The position numbers and the translations under genes are program-made. Shown here one piece after another: positions 12,393 to 28,478 of a stretch of 64,000 bases of DNA. The notes beneath the pieces are model-generated. The model was not told where the DNA came from. It saw nothing but the letters and a program-made list of their open reading frames with translations, and searched no databases. Origin of the DNA: Octopus vulgaris (Eukaryota). The DNA lies in the NCBI GenBank assembly GCA_951406725.2, contig OX597828.1:46624001-46688000 (forward strand). Reading direction: 5' to 3'. Positions within the stretch are counted from its first letter, which is position 1; every line of letters starts with the position of its first letter.

Positions 12393-12626
12393 CTTCTTGC
12401 ATATAATAAAAACGCAATATGTGTCTGATAGGTCACGCTGGTAGAACAAGACTAAAACAACAAGCGGAGGGGAGTGCGTGGCAGGCAGAGACGTGAAAAT
12501 GCAGGCAAACTCTAGAAAAATGATTTGTTCTGCAGTTTCTGACAATTTAACGAAAATAAAACTACAATATTTTATAGTACAGTGTATTTAGTTTGTCAGA
12601 TCCACACACACACAAACACACACACA

Positions 12627-12669
<43 letters not shown>

Positions 12670-12912
12670 ACACACACACAAAAACGCGCACACATACGCA
12701 CACACGCACCCACGCACGCGAACACACACACGCATAAACGTCACTTTTCATTCGTCTATATATCTATTATCTATCTTTCTATGTGTCTTTCTATGCATGT
12801 ATCTCTCTATCTATCTTTCTCTATCTCTCTCTTATATATATACATACACACATATATACATCCGTATCTATATATATAAATATACATATGCATGTGTGTG
12901 TATATATACATA

Positions 12913-13002
<90 letters not shown>

Positions 13003-13008
13003 TGTGTA

Positions 13009-13057
<49 letters not shown>

Positions 13058-13774
13058 ACAGATAGAGGAGCACGTATAAACCGTGGTTTATAGCCTCTGG
13101 TTGCATTCTCATTGTTTCCATTAGTCTTACTCTCTCCGTATTTCTTTCGTTCTTATCTATATTTATGCTTCACTTCCTCATTGTTATTAATAGTATTATT
13201 AGTACCAATACCTTTTAATGTAGCTAATGGTGTTGTTGTTGTTGTTACTGTTGTTGTTGTTGCTGTCGTTGTCCTTGTTGTTATTGCTGCAGTTGTCCTC
13301 TTGTGCATTTCTTTTTAGATCATTATATATATTTTTTTTAGATTTAACGTCTATTTTCGAATTGGGGATGCATTTTATTACTAAATTTCTCTTCATTTTT
13401 TTCTTTTTTTCTTTTCTTATAAAATTATTTTGTTAAGATATACAACAGGAGGAGGAGGGGCGTAGATTTTGGGGGTCTCTGTAACTGTAGACGACACGTG
13501 TAGATATATATACATGAACACGGTTTCCGACTTACACAGACCAACTTGTCTTACATATATACACACACAAACATACTTACATACGTACATTCATACATAC
13601 ATACAAACATACATAAATACATACATATCCAAGCACACACACATACACACATACATACGTACATACATAATATAATGCAAGTATCTATACATTCATAGAA
13701 ACATACATTATTTTCTGAAAACCTGCTGTGCAGCTCTCCCGGGAGCTTCTTACTACAACACGTGCATCATATGC

Positions 13775-14300
<526 letters not shown>

Positions 14301-14954
14301 TATATATCCACATGCACTAACATATATACACTTATATGTAGCTAGCTAGATAGATAGATGGATGGATGGATGGGTGGATGGATAGATATCCATGTTTGTG
14401 TGTTTGCGTGTGAGTATGGGTATTTATCTATAGACATCTGTACAATATTCATGCATACAAACACAGGCAATCTGTTTTGATGATCCTTCCCTCATCGGGC
14501 CGTATTAAGGTTTCTGTCTATATGAGCGTGCTATATACATACGTATGTTTCCATATAGATTTGCATGAATACGTACACACACAGAAGCATGTAATGTAAA
14601 CGTGTACTATTCTTTGTAAATGAAGTGCCGCTCGGTTATAATATGATTGAATACTCCGTTAAAAAAATCTCATAGTACAGAATACAAAATGTCTCCTGAA
14701 CACAAGCCAAGTGCTAAAATATAACATCACACGGACTAGAATAATTAAACAGTTAAAACGGAGAGAATCGAGATATGAGACAAATACTCACTGTACTATG
14801 TACATGGAATATACACTTTGCAGTACTTTTATATGATAGGCGGTTTTTACCATCTTTTAAAAAGGGGTCAATTTTCCACTGACAAATTCTGAAATGAAGT
14901 AACAAGGCAGATCTTTTTAGGGAACTATAATCCTAACACACACACATATATATT

Positions 14955-15340
14955 ACTCTTTTACTTGTTTCAGTCATTTGACTGCGGCCATGCTGGAGCA
15001 CCGCCTTTAGTTGAGCAAATCGACCCCAGGACTTATTCTTTGTAAGCCCAGTATTTATTCTATCGGTCTCTTTTGCCGAACCGCTAAGTAACGGGGACGT
15101 AAACACACCAGCATCGGTTGTCAAGCAATGCTAGGGGGACAAACACACACACACAAACACAAACACATACACATATATACATATATACGACAGGCTTCTT
15201 TCCGTTTCCGTCTACCAAATCCACTCACAAGGCATTGGTCGGTCCGGGGCTATAGCAGAAGACACTTGCCCAAGATGCCACGCAGTGGGACTGAACCCGG
15301 AACCATGTGGTTGGTTAGCAAGCTACTTACCACACAGCCA
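14955..15340 (-). mobile_element. tRNA-derived SINE family C
   Basis: Reverse complement of 17403-17836 and 20331-20800. Confidence 0.9.
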
Positions 15341-15341
15341 C

Positions 15342-15424
<83 letters not shown>

Positions 15425-15847
15425 CGTGTGTACATATATATCATTTCGATTTTAGATTCAAACAACTTTAGATCGAAATTAGGGACTGTTATATTTGCTT
15501 TTATATAAACATTGTCGTTGCCATTTTGAGATCCTCTTGATTTTCGGCTAGTTTTCATTCTCCTTTCGGTTGTTTTGTTTCTATATTCGTCTTTTTGCAT
15601 ATTTCTTTGTAATCAATGCAATTATCGAAATGTCTGTCATCAAACAAAATATCAGTTTACACATATCTGAGAAACTGCACCGGCATTGTAGTAAGGTTGC
15701 TATTGAAACAGTTACTAATTGATGCAGAGGAAACACGTGCAGGTCTAGTCGAAGTTGAACATGTATAAAAAGAAAGTAAAGGTAATGCTAATGCTACTTC
15801 GTAATAATCCTTATTATAATTATTATTGATATAGATAGATAGACACG

Positions 15848-16625
<778 letters not shown>

Positions 16626-16688
16626 GAAAAGAACAAAAAAATAAATAAATAAATAAAATAAAAAATAAAAAGAATAAAAAGAATTAAA

Positions 16689-16770
<82 letters not shown>

Positions 16771-17402
16771 GAGGCTACATGGCCTAGTTTTGCTCTGGAG
16801 ATCGTGAGCTCGCGGTTTTAATACTTGAACCGGGTGGCGCGTCGTACTCTTGAGTAAAATATCTCATCTAACATATATCTGCGATCACTTCCACGCCCTC
16901 ACGTATGGTACCCGGTAAATCTGCTCGGTCAACTTGGATTTGATGGAAAGCATAAGCTATAATGTACACAGGATAATTTTATTTAAATTATTTTTGATTT
17001 AGATTAAATTTTATGTAATAAGATTTTTGAGGAAAAGTATTGATAAACATGTTTGATTATAAAGTAATAGGTATAGAAATATTTTTTTTATATGTACTGA
17101 GAAAGATGAAGATTATATGGTTTAGTTATAGTAAAATTTAAATTTTGTACCTTTTGCATAATGGTTTAATAATATTATTTAATGAATATGATTTTCTCAA
17201 AATATGAAGATTTATTTGCTTGAACGTTATTTTATTTGTAGTTAACGTAGTAAAGTTATTATTTTAGAAGTGAGTGGTAGTGAAATGCTATTCGATTTAT
17301 ATGATAGCTAGTTTATTTATTTTTACATTTTAGTGTTAGTTAAAACTTAGTGATGGTTAAGTAGTTTTTTTTAGTTTAAGTATTGGGGGATAATAAACAA
17401 AT

Positions 17403-17836
17403 CGCAGAAGTGGCTGTGTGGTAAGTAGCTTGTTTACCAACCACATGGTTCCGGGTTCAATCCCACTGCGTGGCATCTTGGGCAAGTGTCTTCTGCTATA
17501 GCCCCGGGCCGACCAATGCCTTGTGAGTGGATTTGGTGGACGGAAACTGAAAGAAGCCTGTCGTATATATGTATATATGTATATGTATGTGTGTGTTTGT
17601 GTGTCTGTGTTTGTCCCCCATAGCATTGCTTGACAACCGATGCTGGTGTGTTTACGTCCCCGTCATTTAGCGGTTCGTTGGACACTGTGAGACGACTCTT
17701 GTTATCGCTAGGCAAAAGAGACCGATAGAATAAGTACTGGGCTTACAAAGAATAAGTCCCGGGGTCGATTTGCTCGACTAAAGGCGGTGCTCCAGCATGG
17801 CCGCAGTCAAATGACTGAAACAAGTAAAAGAGTAAA
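17403..17836 (+). mobile_element. SINE family C with a 34-bp foreign insert at 17677-17710
   Basis: Head gtggctgtgtggtaag..gggttcaatcc; comparison with the 20331 copy reveals the insert. Confidence 0.9.
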
Positions 17837-18002
17837 TCATCTGAGGAAATTGTACAACCGTCTCTCTTGGACTACCATCACACACACACACACACACACA
17901 CATACAATTCCACCAGACAATCATTTGATCGAACAAAGACAAATATTTTGTCGGTGAAAGTTCCCCTTTCACGTTCTGTTATGAAACGTTATCCTTGGAA
18001 TA

Positions 18003-18693
18003 GGTTTGGCTGTGTGGTAGGAAGTGTGCTTCACAGCCACATGGTCCCGGGTTCAATCTCACTGCGTGGAACCGTTGGAAAGTGTATTCTAGTATAGCTT
18101 CGGGCCGACCAAACCCTTGTGAGTTGAAACTGAAAGAAGACGTATATGTGTGTGTGTGTGTGGCTGTTTTTTGTCCCTTCCCGTCGCTTGGCAACTTGTG
18201 TTAATTTGTTGGCGTCCTCGTAACTTTGCGGTTCGGCGAAAGAAACTAATATGTCTTGCATTCAACTTGCACATGCAAGTGCTACCAGTCAAAATCTCTG
18301 CATACCGGAAGCCAGCAAGTGTATGGGGTCATCAAGAGAAAATGCGCGCCGTTTCGGGGCCTACCTCTCGACGGCATCAATGCGCACCGGCGCCCCTCAC
18401 TGATATGAGGCTCCACTCGCTAGTTCAGCTGGTTATTCAATACAGCTCAATATTCTTCTAGCCATCGTTCATCGTCTCTTTTTAACCAAATCCAGTGGCT
18501 AGCCTTCTCCACTGTAGATTGGATTAAGAACCAGATATTGACTTTACGATGAGTTAGGCCTAGCGATAACAAGAGTCGTCTCACAGTGTCCAACGAACCC
18601 TCTACATCCGAATAAGTACCCCGTTCAACCAACAATTCTTCAAGGCGGTGTCTTAGCCTAACCACAGTCTAGTGACTGAAACAAGTAAAAGAA
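18003..18693 (+). mobile_element. Degenerate SINE family C interrupted by ~370 bp of unrelated sequence
   Basis: Head and body at 18003-18250; tail aaggcggtg..gactgaaacaagtaaaag at ~18640-18693. Confidence 0.65.
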
Positions 18694-18888
18694 GATACAC
18701 CTCTTATGTTATATTCCTTTGTCTCTGTTTATTCTCTCTCTCTCTCTTTCTTTCTCTCTCTCTCTTTCTTTCTCTCTCTCTTTCTTTCTCTCTCTCTTTC
18801 TTTCTTTCTGCATTCTTTCTATACATGTAGAACGTGACTGGAGCAGTCAGCCGGTAGACCAATTTCCCAATACGTATATAGGCCATGA

Positions 18889-19105
18889 AAGGCGGCGAGC
18901 TGGCAGAATCGTTAGCACGCCGGGTGAAATGCCTAGCGGTATTTTTTATCTGGCTTCACGTTCTGAGTTCAAATTCTCTCAAGATCGACTTTGCTTTTCA
19001 TCATTTCGGGGTCGATAAAATAAGTTCCATTCAAGTACTGGGGTCGATATAATCGACTTACCTCTTCCCCGCGAAACTGCTGGCCTAGTACCAAAATTTC
19101 AAATC
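18889..19105 (+). mobile_element. SINE family A monomer
   Basis: aggcggcgagctggcagaatcgttagc..gagttcaaattc..ggggtcgataaaataag. Confidence 0.85.
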
Positions 19106-20330
19106 AATATTTATATTGACCAATATTAAACAGAAGCATAGTAGTAACTAAAACTTTTTTCTAAGTAAGAGAAATTCTTAGAACCGATACAAGAAATAAA
19201 CTTGTAGCATGTAGGTGAGTTGGTGCTGATAGATTCCATTGTAATATCATTGAACGTCATTTTTTGTTTTTATGTTTTTCTTTTGAAATATGATGATAAT
19301 TCTACGACCATTGGCCCTGATCTGACCTAATGGATCGAAAACAAAAAATGGAACAGAACATAAAAGAACTAGAATTTAACCCGAGAACTGGCGCTTTCTA
19401 CTGATTAAGTGTGTACATTGAACGAAGACAGAGACAAAAGATAACCTGTATGTTTTATATTTTGTCGAACAAGAACCAGATATAGTTTTTAAAAACTGAT
19501 AACAAGGAATTGTTTTTTTTTATTATTACAAATGTAAATGTATTGTTTATTTATGTTTATGCATAAAAGTTCATGTTCTTAAATCTTTAATTGTTTTCAT
19601 TTTTATTTTTTATTTTCACTTTAATATTTTTCGTTTTTCATTTTTGTATTTTTATTTTTTAATGTTGTGTTCTGTCTTTCGCTGCTGGAACCTCGCTACA
19701 GGGTAAGCTGACAGCATGGGAAAATCTTCAAAGGAAGAGCTCACCTCAACTAAGTGATTCAGCCTGTTAGTTCCTGGCACTCAAAGAGAGCTGGGTCCAC
19801 CCTAGGTCGAGACACTTAGGTGTCTTCCTCCTGTTTTTGAATTGCCATCTATACTGGAAACAGAATATGGTACCATCGGGAGATATTATTTCCTTTAACT
19901 GTGGCGTTTATCGCTCGGCTTCGAACCACCATCGAAGGAACCTGCACTGAATTTATTTCAAACTGAGTTTCCCTACTACGTTTCCTTACTAAGTTTCCCC
20001 CATTACGATTGGCGACTCGCAGTATCCCCTGAAATTAAAGGACAATTAAGAAGGTTTATACAAAGTGCTTCAGAGATGAAGCGTAGATTGTGTATGTAGA
20101 TGGATATCGGATTGAGAGTATTACAAGGACCAGAGAGACACACCAAGAGAGAAACCAGTGAATGAGAGAGTGGAGAGAGCGTTGAGGGGGAAGAGAAAGA
20201 GAGCGGTTAAGAATGGAATAGGATAGGAAGAAGCCAATGTGCCAGAAATAGTTAACAACGGATATTTCTAATCGATATCCCCAGCATGGCCGCAGTGTCA
20301 GAACTAAAACAAATAACATATAAAAAAAAA

Positions 20331-20494
20331 GGCAGGAGTGACTGTGTGGTAAGTAGCTTGCTAACCAACCACATGGTTCCGAGTTCAGTCCCACTGCGTG
20401 GCACCTTGGGCAAGTGTCTTCCGCTATAGCCCCGGGGCCAACCAATGCCTTGTGAGTGGATTTGGTAGACGGAAACTGAAAGAAGCCTTTCGTA

Positions 20495-20570
<76 letters not shown>

Positions 20571-20800
20571 CGTGTGTGTATAAGTTTGTATGTCTGTGTT
20601 TTTCCTCCTAGCATTGCTTGACAACCGATGCTGGTGTGTTTACGTCCCCGTCACTTAGCGGTTCGGCAAAAGAGACCGATAGAATAAGTACTGGGCTTAC
20701 AAAGAATAAGTCCCGGGGTTGATTTACTCGACTAAAGGCGGTGCTGCAGCATGGCCGCAGTCAAAATGACTGAAACAAGTAAAAGAAAGAAAAGAAAGAA
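20331..20800 (+). mobile_element. SINE family C, full length with internal (TA)n
   Basis: ggcaggagtgactgtgtggtaag ... gactgaaacaagt(aaag)n tail. Confidence 0.9.
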
Positions 20801-21063
20801 AGAAATACACACAATGCGCGCGCACGGACACATACACACCCACGCACACATACGAAGAGTGAGTGAGAGGCAAAGAGAGACTGTGTGGTAAAAGTTCATT
20901 TCGGTTAATTAACGAGCAGTTCTTGATGAATTACAAAGAATTACAATAATACTCTTTGTCCTCTTTAATATTTTGAGATCAAATTCCGTTGAGCCGATCT
21001 TTGTTGTTATTCCTTGGTATGTCGGACGCATAAATATCATTTGCTAACTAATATCAATTAAAA

Positions 21064-21461
21064 TCTTTATATATAAAAGTGAGGTTGTGTGCTGTCTGTC
21101 TCCTACGATTTAGATTCCTAACTACTCCCACATTTTGCGGTGCAGTTTAACCAAAACCGGGTATCTTATAGTCGGGATTTATATCGAGCCCTTCTGGGTA
21201 TTAGCGCGCGTCTACGATGAGTCTACGATTTTAAAAAAAAATTACCATCAATTTTTCCCATATTTAATGCATTTTTGGCATATATAAGGGAAGTAACTCT
21301 CTAAAAATTTATTATTAAATCTCAGAACGTAAAAAAAGCTACAGTACCCCCCCCCTTTTGTGGTTAGCCATTTTGAGATGGCTATTATACTTTACATCTC
21401 TAAAAATGCTTATATAGTTATTTCCCTTACAAACCCGAGCAACGCCGGGCGATACTGCTAG
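21064..21461 (+). mobile_element. Non-autonomous Helitron (398 bp)
   Basis: A|TC start, CTAG|T end, GC hairpin cccgagcaacgccggg (21434-21449) 12 nt before the end, no TSD. Confidence 0.85.
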
Positions 21462-21642
21462 TGTATAAAAAATAAATAAACCTGATCCACAGTTACAAAT
21501 TGTTATTGTCACTGCCAGGCTAAGGATAACTTCAGAGAAGTAAGGACGGTTAGAGAAAAATTCTATAAACATTTATTGCTTCTCCACCACCGAAATGGCT
21601 GGTCTTGTATCAAAATTTGAAAGTAATATTAGAGTGTGAAAC

Positions 21643-22075
21643 GAGGCGTCAAACTGGAAAAACCGTTAGCACAGGGGACAAAATGCTAAGCGGCATTTCT
21701 TCCGGTTGTATTTTCGGAATTCAAATTTCGTCGACCCGGAAAGGTAAACATCTTTTCAGGACCGATAAATAAAAAAGAGAACAGTCAAGTCTTGAACAAG
21801 ATGTAATCGACTCACCTCTCCTATAAAATAGCTGGCCTTCTTCTGAAACTTGAAATCGAAGGTGACGAGCAATAAGAATATTTAGCACGCCGGACAAAAT
21901 GCTTACCGACTTTTCGTCCGTTTTTATGTTTTGAATACAAATTCCGCCGAGGTCAACTTTTGATTTTCATTCTTTCGGAGTCGAAAGAATAAGTACCAGT
22001 TCAGTCCTAAGTGTTGATCCAATCAACCTACGATCCTCCCCTCTAATTGTTGGCCATATTCCCATATTTAAAACC
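21643..22075 (+). mobile_element. Two old SINE family A copies in tandem
   Basis: Degenerate heads at ~21643 and ~21859. Confidence 0.65.
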
Positions 22076-23639
22076 AATATTAACAACAGATTCTCAAACA
22101 GAATAAAAATTTCAAGGAATATTTTTGAAAATTAAATGATGCAACTTTCACCACTATCTGCAATCTACTGCTATTTTCTACGTGCCCAGTAATCATGTAA
22201 AATTTTCCACCAACCCCCACGGTGCGGTCGCGCTTACTTTGAGAAAAACTTATCTAAAAATACTTCGTTCTACGAGGTAACAAAAACGGTAACTTAGAAT
22301 TTCAAAAGTCTTACAGTCCAATGAACTCCTCTACACATAAAATGCGCAAAGACCCTTTGAAGCAATTGTTGAGACCACGAATATCATCTGAAATCTATGC
22401 CAGGATTTACGAACTATATAATTACGCGTTGCCGATGTAGTCACTCGATTTGCTAGAAATAACAACGTAATATGCCTCAACACACCCTATCGTCTTCAAT
22501 AAAGAAATGATAAGTTAGCGAATATTTTTCATCAAAAGAGTATGAGTTCAACCAAAAAAGACAACAAAATACACAACTTGGATAACAATAGAGAACCAAA
22601 CAAACGATGATTAAACCTCTACATACTTGCTCCAGAGTTCAGTGGGTTAAACATGGGATAATTGTAGTCAGAGATGGACAATTCCTGATAGAAAGATGGT
22701 GTACTTACAGCAAAACCGTCTTTGATCATTGGCCGGCTTTTTCAGGGCCAGCCTAGCATTAAACAAAAACAACACAAAACCCTAAACATTCTTTAATAAA
22801 TTACCTTTCAGATTACCAAGACATCGTCATATGATTATGATGGATCTCTGTCGTTCGACGGTGAGTATTCAGTTATGTATTCAGCCAAATTACCTGCTCT
22901 TGAATTAACATGTATGTGGTTGAATATTCCAGACATTTTGGTGCCCTCAAAATAATTCTCAAACAGTATCAACATGAGACAGGATATAACAAACATGGAC
23001 AATTTGAATTACAGTTAAACTAACCCAAGAGGCTTCCATACAGTTTCCGTCCACCTATATTACTCACAATGTATGGATAGACCCAACGTTCTAGTAAGTG
23101 GTTAAGATGTTCGCCTTGCAAACTCGAGGTCACGGGCTCGGTCTCACTGCAAGCCATCTTATACAAATGACATTTCTACAAAATGCATCACAACTTATCT
23201 AGAATATCCTAATTCACCGTACGTATGCCACAAAGATCTTACTGTTTTAAAAAATTCTGTATACGGTCGGTATTTTACATCCGTAATAGCCAGCTGTCAC
23301 AGTTATTTCCTCCCACCGTTCCCCAGATATAGCTGTACAACTACGATATCAACAACCTAGAAACTTGGCGCCAAACGGACAAAAAGTAGTACCTAACACA
23401 ATCGCTATCTCCTGTCTTATCAACAAAACTATACCTATCAAATATTAGAAACCGTTGCAATTATAAACTTATATAAGCATACTAGATCTACAGAGAAGAC
23501 AAAAATGGTTCAACATTTAGCCATCATTCACAGCACACATGTAAGACACAGTGAGGAAATATAAAATGGCACACATACACTATGACCATTTTGTCCTCAT
23601 ACTAGTCCAATACAGAGAATTAACGTCCTAAACAATATA

Positions 23640-24870
23640 TTAGATTGATCAGTGCAGATTGTGGTTTTAATTATGAGACGAAGTAGTATTTAATTACAGG
23701 GAGGTACGGTGTGGCATTTTTTCTTTTTCTGTGCTTTTTTGGGTTTTTTTCTTATTAAACAGAGTGTTTGGAGAGAGGTGTTAATTGAACGGAGATACGA
23801 GTGTAATTATTAAGGAAGTGGTAGAATGTAATCTTTTGTGAGACATACATAAAATGGTATCTTATCAGTCAGAGGTATAAGGTATCCTTTAATTAGTCAG
23901 CCGTTCAGTATAGTCTCTAATTAGTCAGTGCGTTAAACAATTACAGTGTGGTCTTTAATTAGACATAAATACAGTGTTATTCTTTGTAAAGAGCAAGAAT
24001 AAAGAGGTATGGAACTCGATGAGGAACAACTATCTCAAGGGACTTCTTTTGGTAAATCACTTGATTTTCGATTTTGTCACCGATATAATTTGATATTCAT
24101 CGACGAAAAGTATAGTTACACATTATATACATATACATACATACATTTGCGTGCAAGCGTGTTTGTGTGTGTGTGTGTGTGTGTATCTGTGTGTGAAGAC
24201 GCATGGCATTGTTTAGACTGTTGCACCCACGATCGTTAGATCATGGGTTCCATTCTCAGACCGGGCGTCGCGTTGTGTTCTTGAGTAAAACACTTCCCTT
24301 CACGTCCTCCCTTTCGATCAGGGGTAAAATTGCTCACCTAGTCAGTGGGGTGGCGACATTCGAAGGCTAAGACGATACAAAGCGCATCGTGACCAACGAT
24401 GTATAGCAACAACTGATAGTCTGGTCAGTCACGAGACGACGTGATCACAGGGTTCTTTAAATAAACAGAGACGCAGTGTGGTCTTTAAGGAGTCATACAT
24501 GCACCTTTAATTACATTAATTAATCAAACAGAGCTATATTATTTTCTCGTTAATTAGATAAAGTACAGTGTGATCTTTAAAATGCACAATGTTGCCTTTG
24601 CAAAAGTAAAGGTACAATGTCGTCTTTTATAAAACAGAGGTACACAGTGTTCTTCAGTTAGCCGGAGGGACGCTGTGGCTTTTAGACAAAAGTATAGTGT
24701 GCTGTAATAACACAGAGGTACAGTTTAGTCGATAAGGAAGCATGAGTACAGTGTAGCCTTCTACTAGAATGAGGTACTGCGTGTAGACAGAGATATGGTC
24801 GACAGAGCTACTGTGTGATCTCCAACAAAACATATATTCAAAGTGGTCTTCAATCAGACAAGGGTTAAAT
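23640..24870. repeat. Degenerate ~28-bp minisatellite (approx. aattagacagaggtacagtgtggtcttt), interrupted by a SINE
   Basis: Recurrent agaggtaca/gtgtggtctttaa motif. Confidence 0.7.
24195..24450 (+). mobile_element. SINE family D (tRNA head, RTE-like tail)
   Basis: gggttccattctc B-box-like motif, gttcttgagtaaaacactt, tail gtgaccaacgatgt..ctgatagtctggtc. Confidence 0.7.
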
Positions 24871-25043
24871 GTATTTGGAACTCGGGATCATATTGCAGTT
24901 CTTCGTTTGACTTCGCATACCATAGAAGTCATCACGGTCGGTTTTGAGCAATGGTTGCAGAAAAATATTTGCAACAACTTTCTCCTTCTTTTACTAATTA
25001 TATTCATTATCGCCAGCATCCTCATTATCGTTACATCTTTAAA

Positions 25044-25429
25044 GTGAAGGCGCAATGGCCCAGTGGTTAGGGCAGCGGAATCGCGGTCATAGGATCGCGG
25101 TTTCGATTCCCAGACCGGATGTTGTGAGTGTTTATTGAGCGAAAACACCTAAAGCTCCTCGAGGCTCCGGCAGGAGATGGTGGTGATCCCTGCTGTACTC
25201 TTTCACCACAACTTTCTCTCACTCTTACTTCCTGTTTCTGTTGTACCTGTATTTCAAAGGGCCGGCCTTGTCACTCTCTGTGTCACGCTGAATATCCCCG
25301 AGAACTACGTTAAGGGTACACGTGTCTGTGGAGTGCTCAGCCACTTACACGTTAATTTCACGAGCAGGCTGTTCCGTTGATTCGGATCAACCGGAACCCT
25401 CGTCGTCGTAACCGACGGAGTGCTTCCAC
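25044..25429 (+). mobile_element. SINE family B (long tail) with 11-bp TSD
   Basis: acatctttaaa at 25033-25043 and 25430-25440. Confidence 0.92.
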
Positions 25430-25517
25430 ACATCTTTAAAATCATCAACAGCAACACCACCATCATCATTATTATTATTATCGTCATCGCTATCGTCAGC
25501 ATCATTGTATGATATTT

Positions 25518-26121
25518 ATTTCATTGTTGCCCACAGGGGGCCCTAAACATAGAGGGAACATACAAGGACAAACAGATGGATTAAGTCGATTATATCGACC
25601 CTGTGCGTAACTGGTACTTATTTAATCGACCCCGAAAGGATGAAAGGCAAAGTCGACCTCGGCGGAATTTGAACTCAGAACGTAGCGGCAGACGAAATAC
25701 ATATTTCTTTACTACCCACAAAGGGCTAAACACTGAAGGACAAACAAGGACAGACAAACGGATTAAGTCGATTACATCGACCCCAGTGCGTAACTGGTAC
25801 TTATTTAATCGACCCCGAAAGGATGAAAGGCAAAGTCGACCTCGGCGGAATTTGAACTCAGAACGTAGCGGCAGACGAAATACCTATTTCTTTACTACCC
25901 ACAAGGGCTAAACACAGAAAGGACAAACAAGGACAGACAAACGGATGAAGTCAATTACATCGACCCCAGTGCGTAACTGGTACTTATTTAATCGACTCCG
26001 AAAGGATGAAAGGCAAAGTCTACCTCGGCGGAATTTGAACTCAGAACGAAACGGCAGACGAAATACCGCTTAGCATTTCGTTTCGGCCGGCGTAATAACG
26101 TTTCTGCCAGCTCGCCGCCTT
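25518..26121 (-). mobile_element. SINE family A trimer (period 182-183 bp)
   Basis: t(t/g)aagtc(g/a)att at 25581, 25763, 25946; single head at ~26070-26121. Confidence 0.9.
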
Positions 26122-27275
26122 CAAATTGGTCATACTCTTGATCAACACGCCATCAATCTCACAACTTTTCCAGCATTGCCATTAACATCATCGTCGTCGT
26201 CGTCATCGTCATCATCATCATTACCATCATCGTCGTCGTGTTGTCTTCATCGTTACCATCGACACCACTACAACACCAATGCCGTTGTTGGCTTCAAACC
26301 CTCCACCATATCTTACGATATATTCATATAAACTAACCAAATTTCCTCAAATGTTCCTAAGAATCTCTTTATGTTTATGGAACAGAGCATTCTTTCTTTC
26401 CAAAATCTCGTCAATCCTCACTTTCTTTCTTTCATTCTTTCTCTATTTTTTCTTTCAGTCTTTATCTCTGTATCGCTCTATTTCTATATATACTCCATCG
26501 CTCTTTTTCGTTACTTAATATTTTGCTTTTTCATCCAAATTTCTGGGAGCAGTCGGCGAAAGGAGGAAAACAAAATTTAGTAAGGTTATATATTTTGAAC
26601 TAGACGGAAAAAACAAAAAGAAGATAGTTACGTAGAGAGACAGAGATGAGAGAATGAGATGCCCAGACAGATAGCGACAGACAGACAGACAGACAGGCGG
26701 ATAGACAGATAGAGAGAGATGAAGACAGAGAGATACAAAGACATTGGCAGAAAGAAAGATAGGGAGAGATTGAGATACAAAATATGTGAAAGGTTTCTAC
26801 CCTTTGCATTTTAACGCTTATATAATTGTCTCCCTTTCCTTTTTATGCACGAAACTAAAGCAACACAAAAACATCAAAAACAACAAAAAAACAAAAGAGG
26901 AAGGAAAAAAAAAGAAAGGAAAAATACAAATGTGAGGGAGGAAGTTATGTTGTCAAACTTGTTAAGGTTTGGATTCTGTGGGGCTGGCTATACGCCTTTT
27001 TCTACCTCTGACATTATAGTCATGAAAATGTCGCCTTACGTTCGTCGTGTCCCAGACAAATTTTCTCAAGGATCGGCCAAAAATACGTCTTCCAAATTCG
27101 GTGTTGTTGGTTGTTTTTTTTTATTGTTTGTTTTTGGTTTTTTGATTTTTTTTGTTTCTTTTTTTTTTTCATCGGATGACGATTATTTCTGTTGTTTTTG
27201 ATAGCTTGTATATTTTTTGAATGTTAGTGTATAAGTATATCTATCTGTCTGTCTGTCTCTCTACCTATCTATGTA

Positions 27276-27413
<138 letters not shown>

Positions 27414-27590
27414 ATATATATACATACATACATATAGAAATACACACAAACACACATATATATATATATAAATAATTACATATATATATATACATACATA
27501 TATAATATATAATATATATATAAAATTACATATATCTATATATATATACATATATAATATATATATATGTATAGTATATTATTTAGTATA

Positions 27591-27638
<48 letters not shown>

Positions 27639-27669
27639 TCTATCTATCTATATATATATATACATATAA

Positions 27670-27705
<36 letters not shown>

Positions 27706-28478
27706 GTAGACCTATATGTATATCTATGTGTATGAATGCATGTATGTATGTATGTGTGTGTGTGTGTGTGTATACGTATATATATTATTTTTATATGTAT
27801 ATGCAAAGAGAAAAAAAGAGGGGAAGCAAAATGGTGAGAGAGTCAGTAATGTGAGAAAGAAAAAGACGGAGAATAGATTGAAACAGAAAATGGGAGAAAA
27901 CCAGTGAGACAAATAGAATGATTTCTTCTCATATGCATAAGTGTATGCACACATACATATTGACCCGAACATAAACAAACATCCTCATATATATATATAT
28001 ATATATTTATGTGTATGTATGTATGTATGTTATTTATAACGTGTGTGTGTGTCTGGTGAAGTAATTTTTCATGTATGGTGCAGTCGACAGAGATTCCCAT
28101 CAAATTAAATGCGTTAGAATTTTCTGGTTGATGAAATTAATACTAAATTATTGTACGTTTTTACTTCCCGTCTATCTACGGTGTCAGTTAAATATTGCTT
28201 CTGTGTGACGTCACTAATAGATTACTTAACCAGAAGTGATTACCTCACAACTAGGGCAGTAGGTTGACGAAGAAAAAAAAAAGGAAAAGGAAAGGAAGAA
28301 TACCTTGTACTGTGTCTGACAAAATCAATTGCTGTATTTATTCAAACTTCGTCCTTCCACTTTCGAATCCCCTTCAGCGTTTTTATTTTTATTTTTGCAT
28401 TCTGCCCCTCCTGTAACAATAAAATATAAGCCATTTGCGTGTAGCTATTATATGCAGGGATAAATTTAATCTATGATA

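Noticed and set aside
19670-20280. Unique-looking block, possible LTR or regulatory sequence
   Set aside because: No termini, TSD, partner copy or ORF seen
25044-25120. tRNA-like sequences at SINE heads
   Set aside because: A/B boxes are present but there is no complete cloverleaf, and each continues into a SINE body
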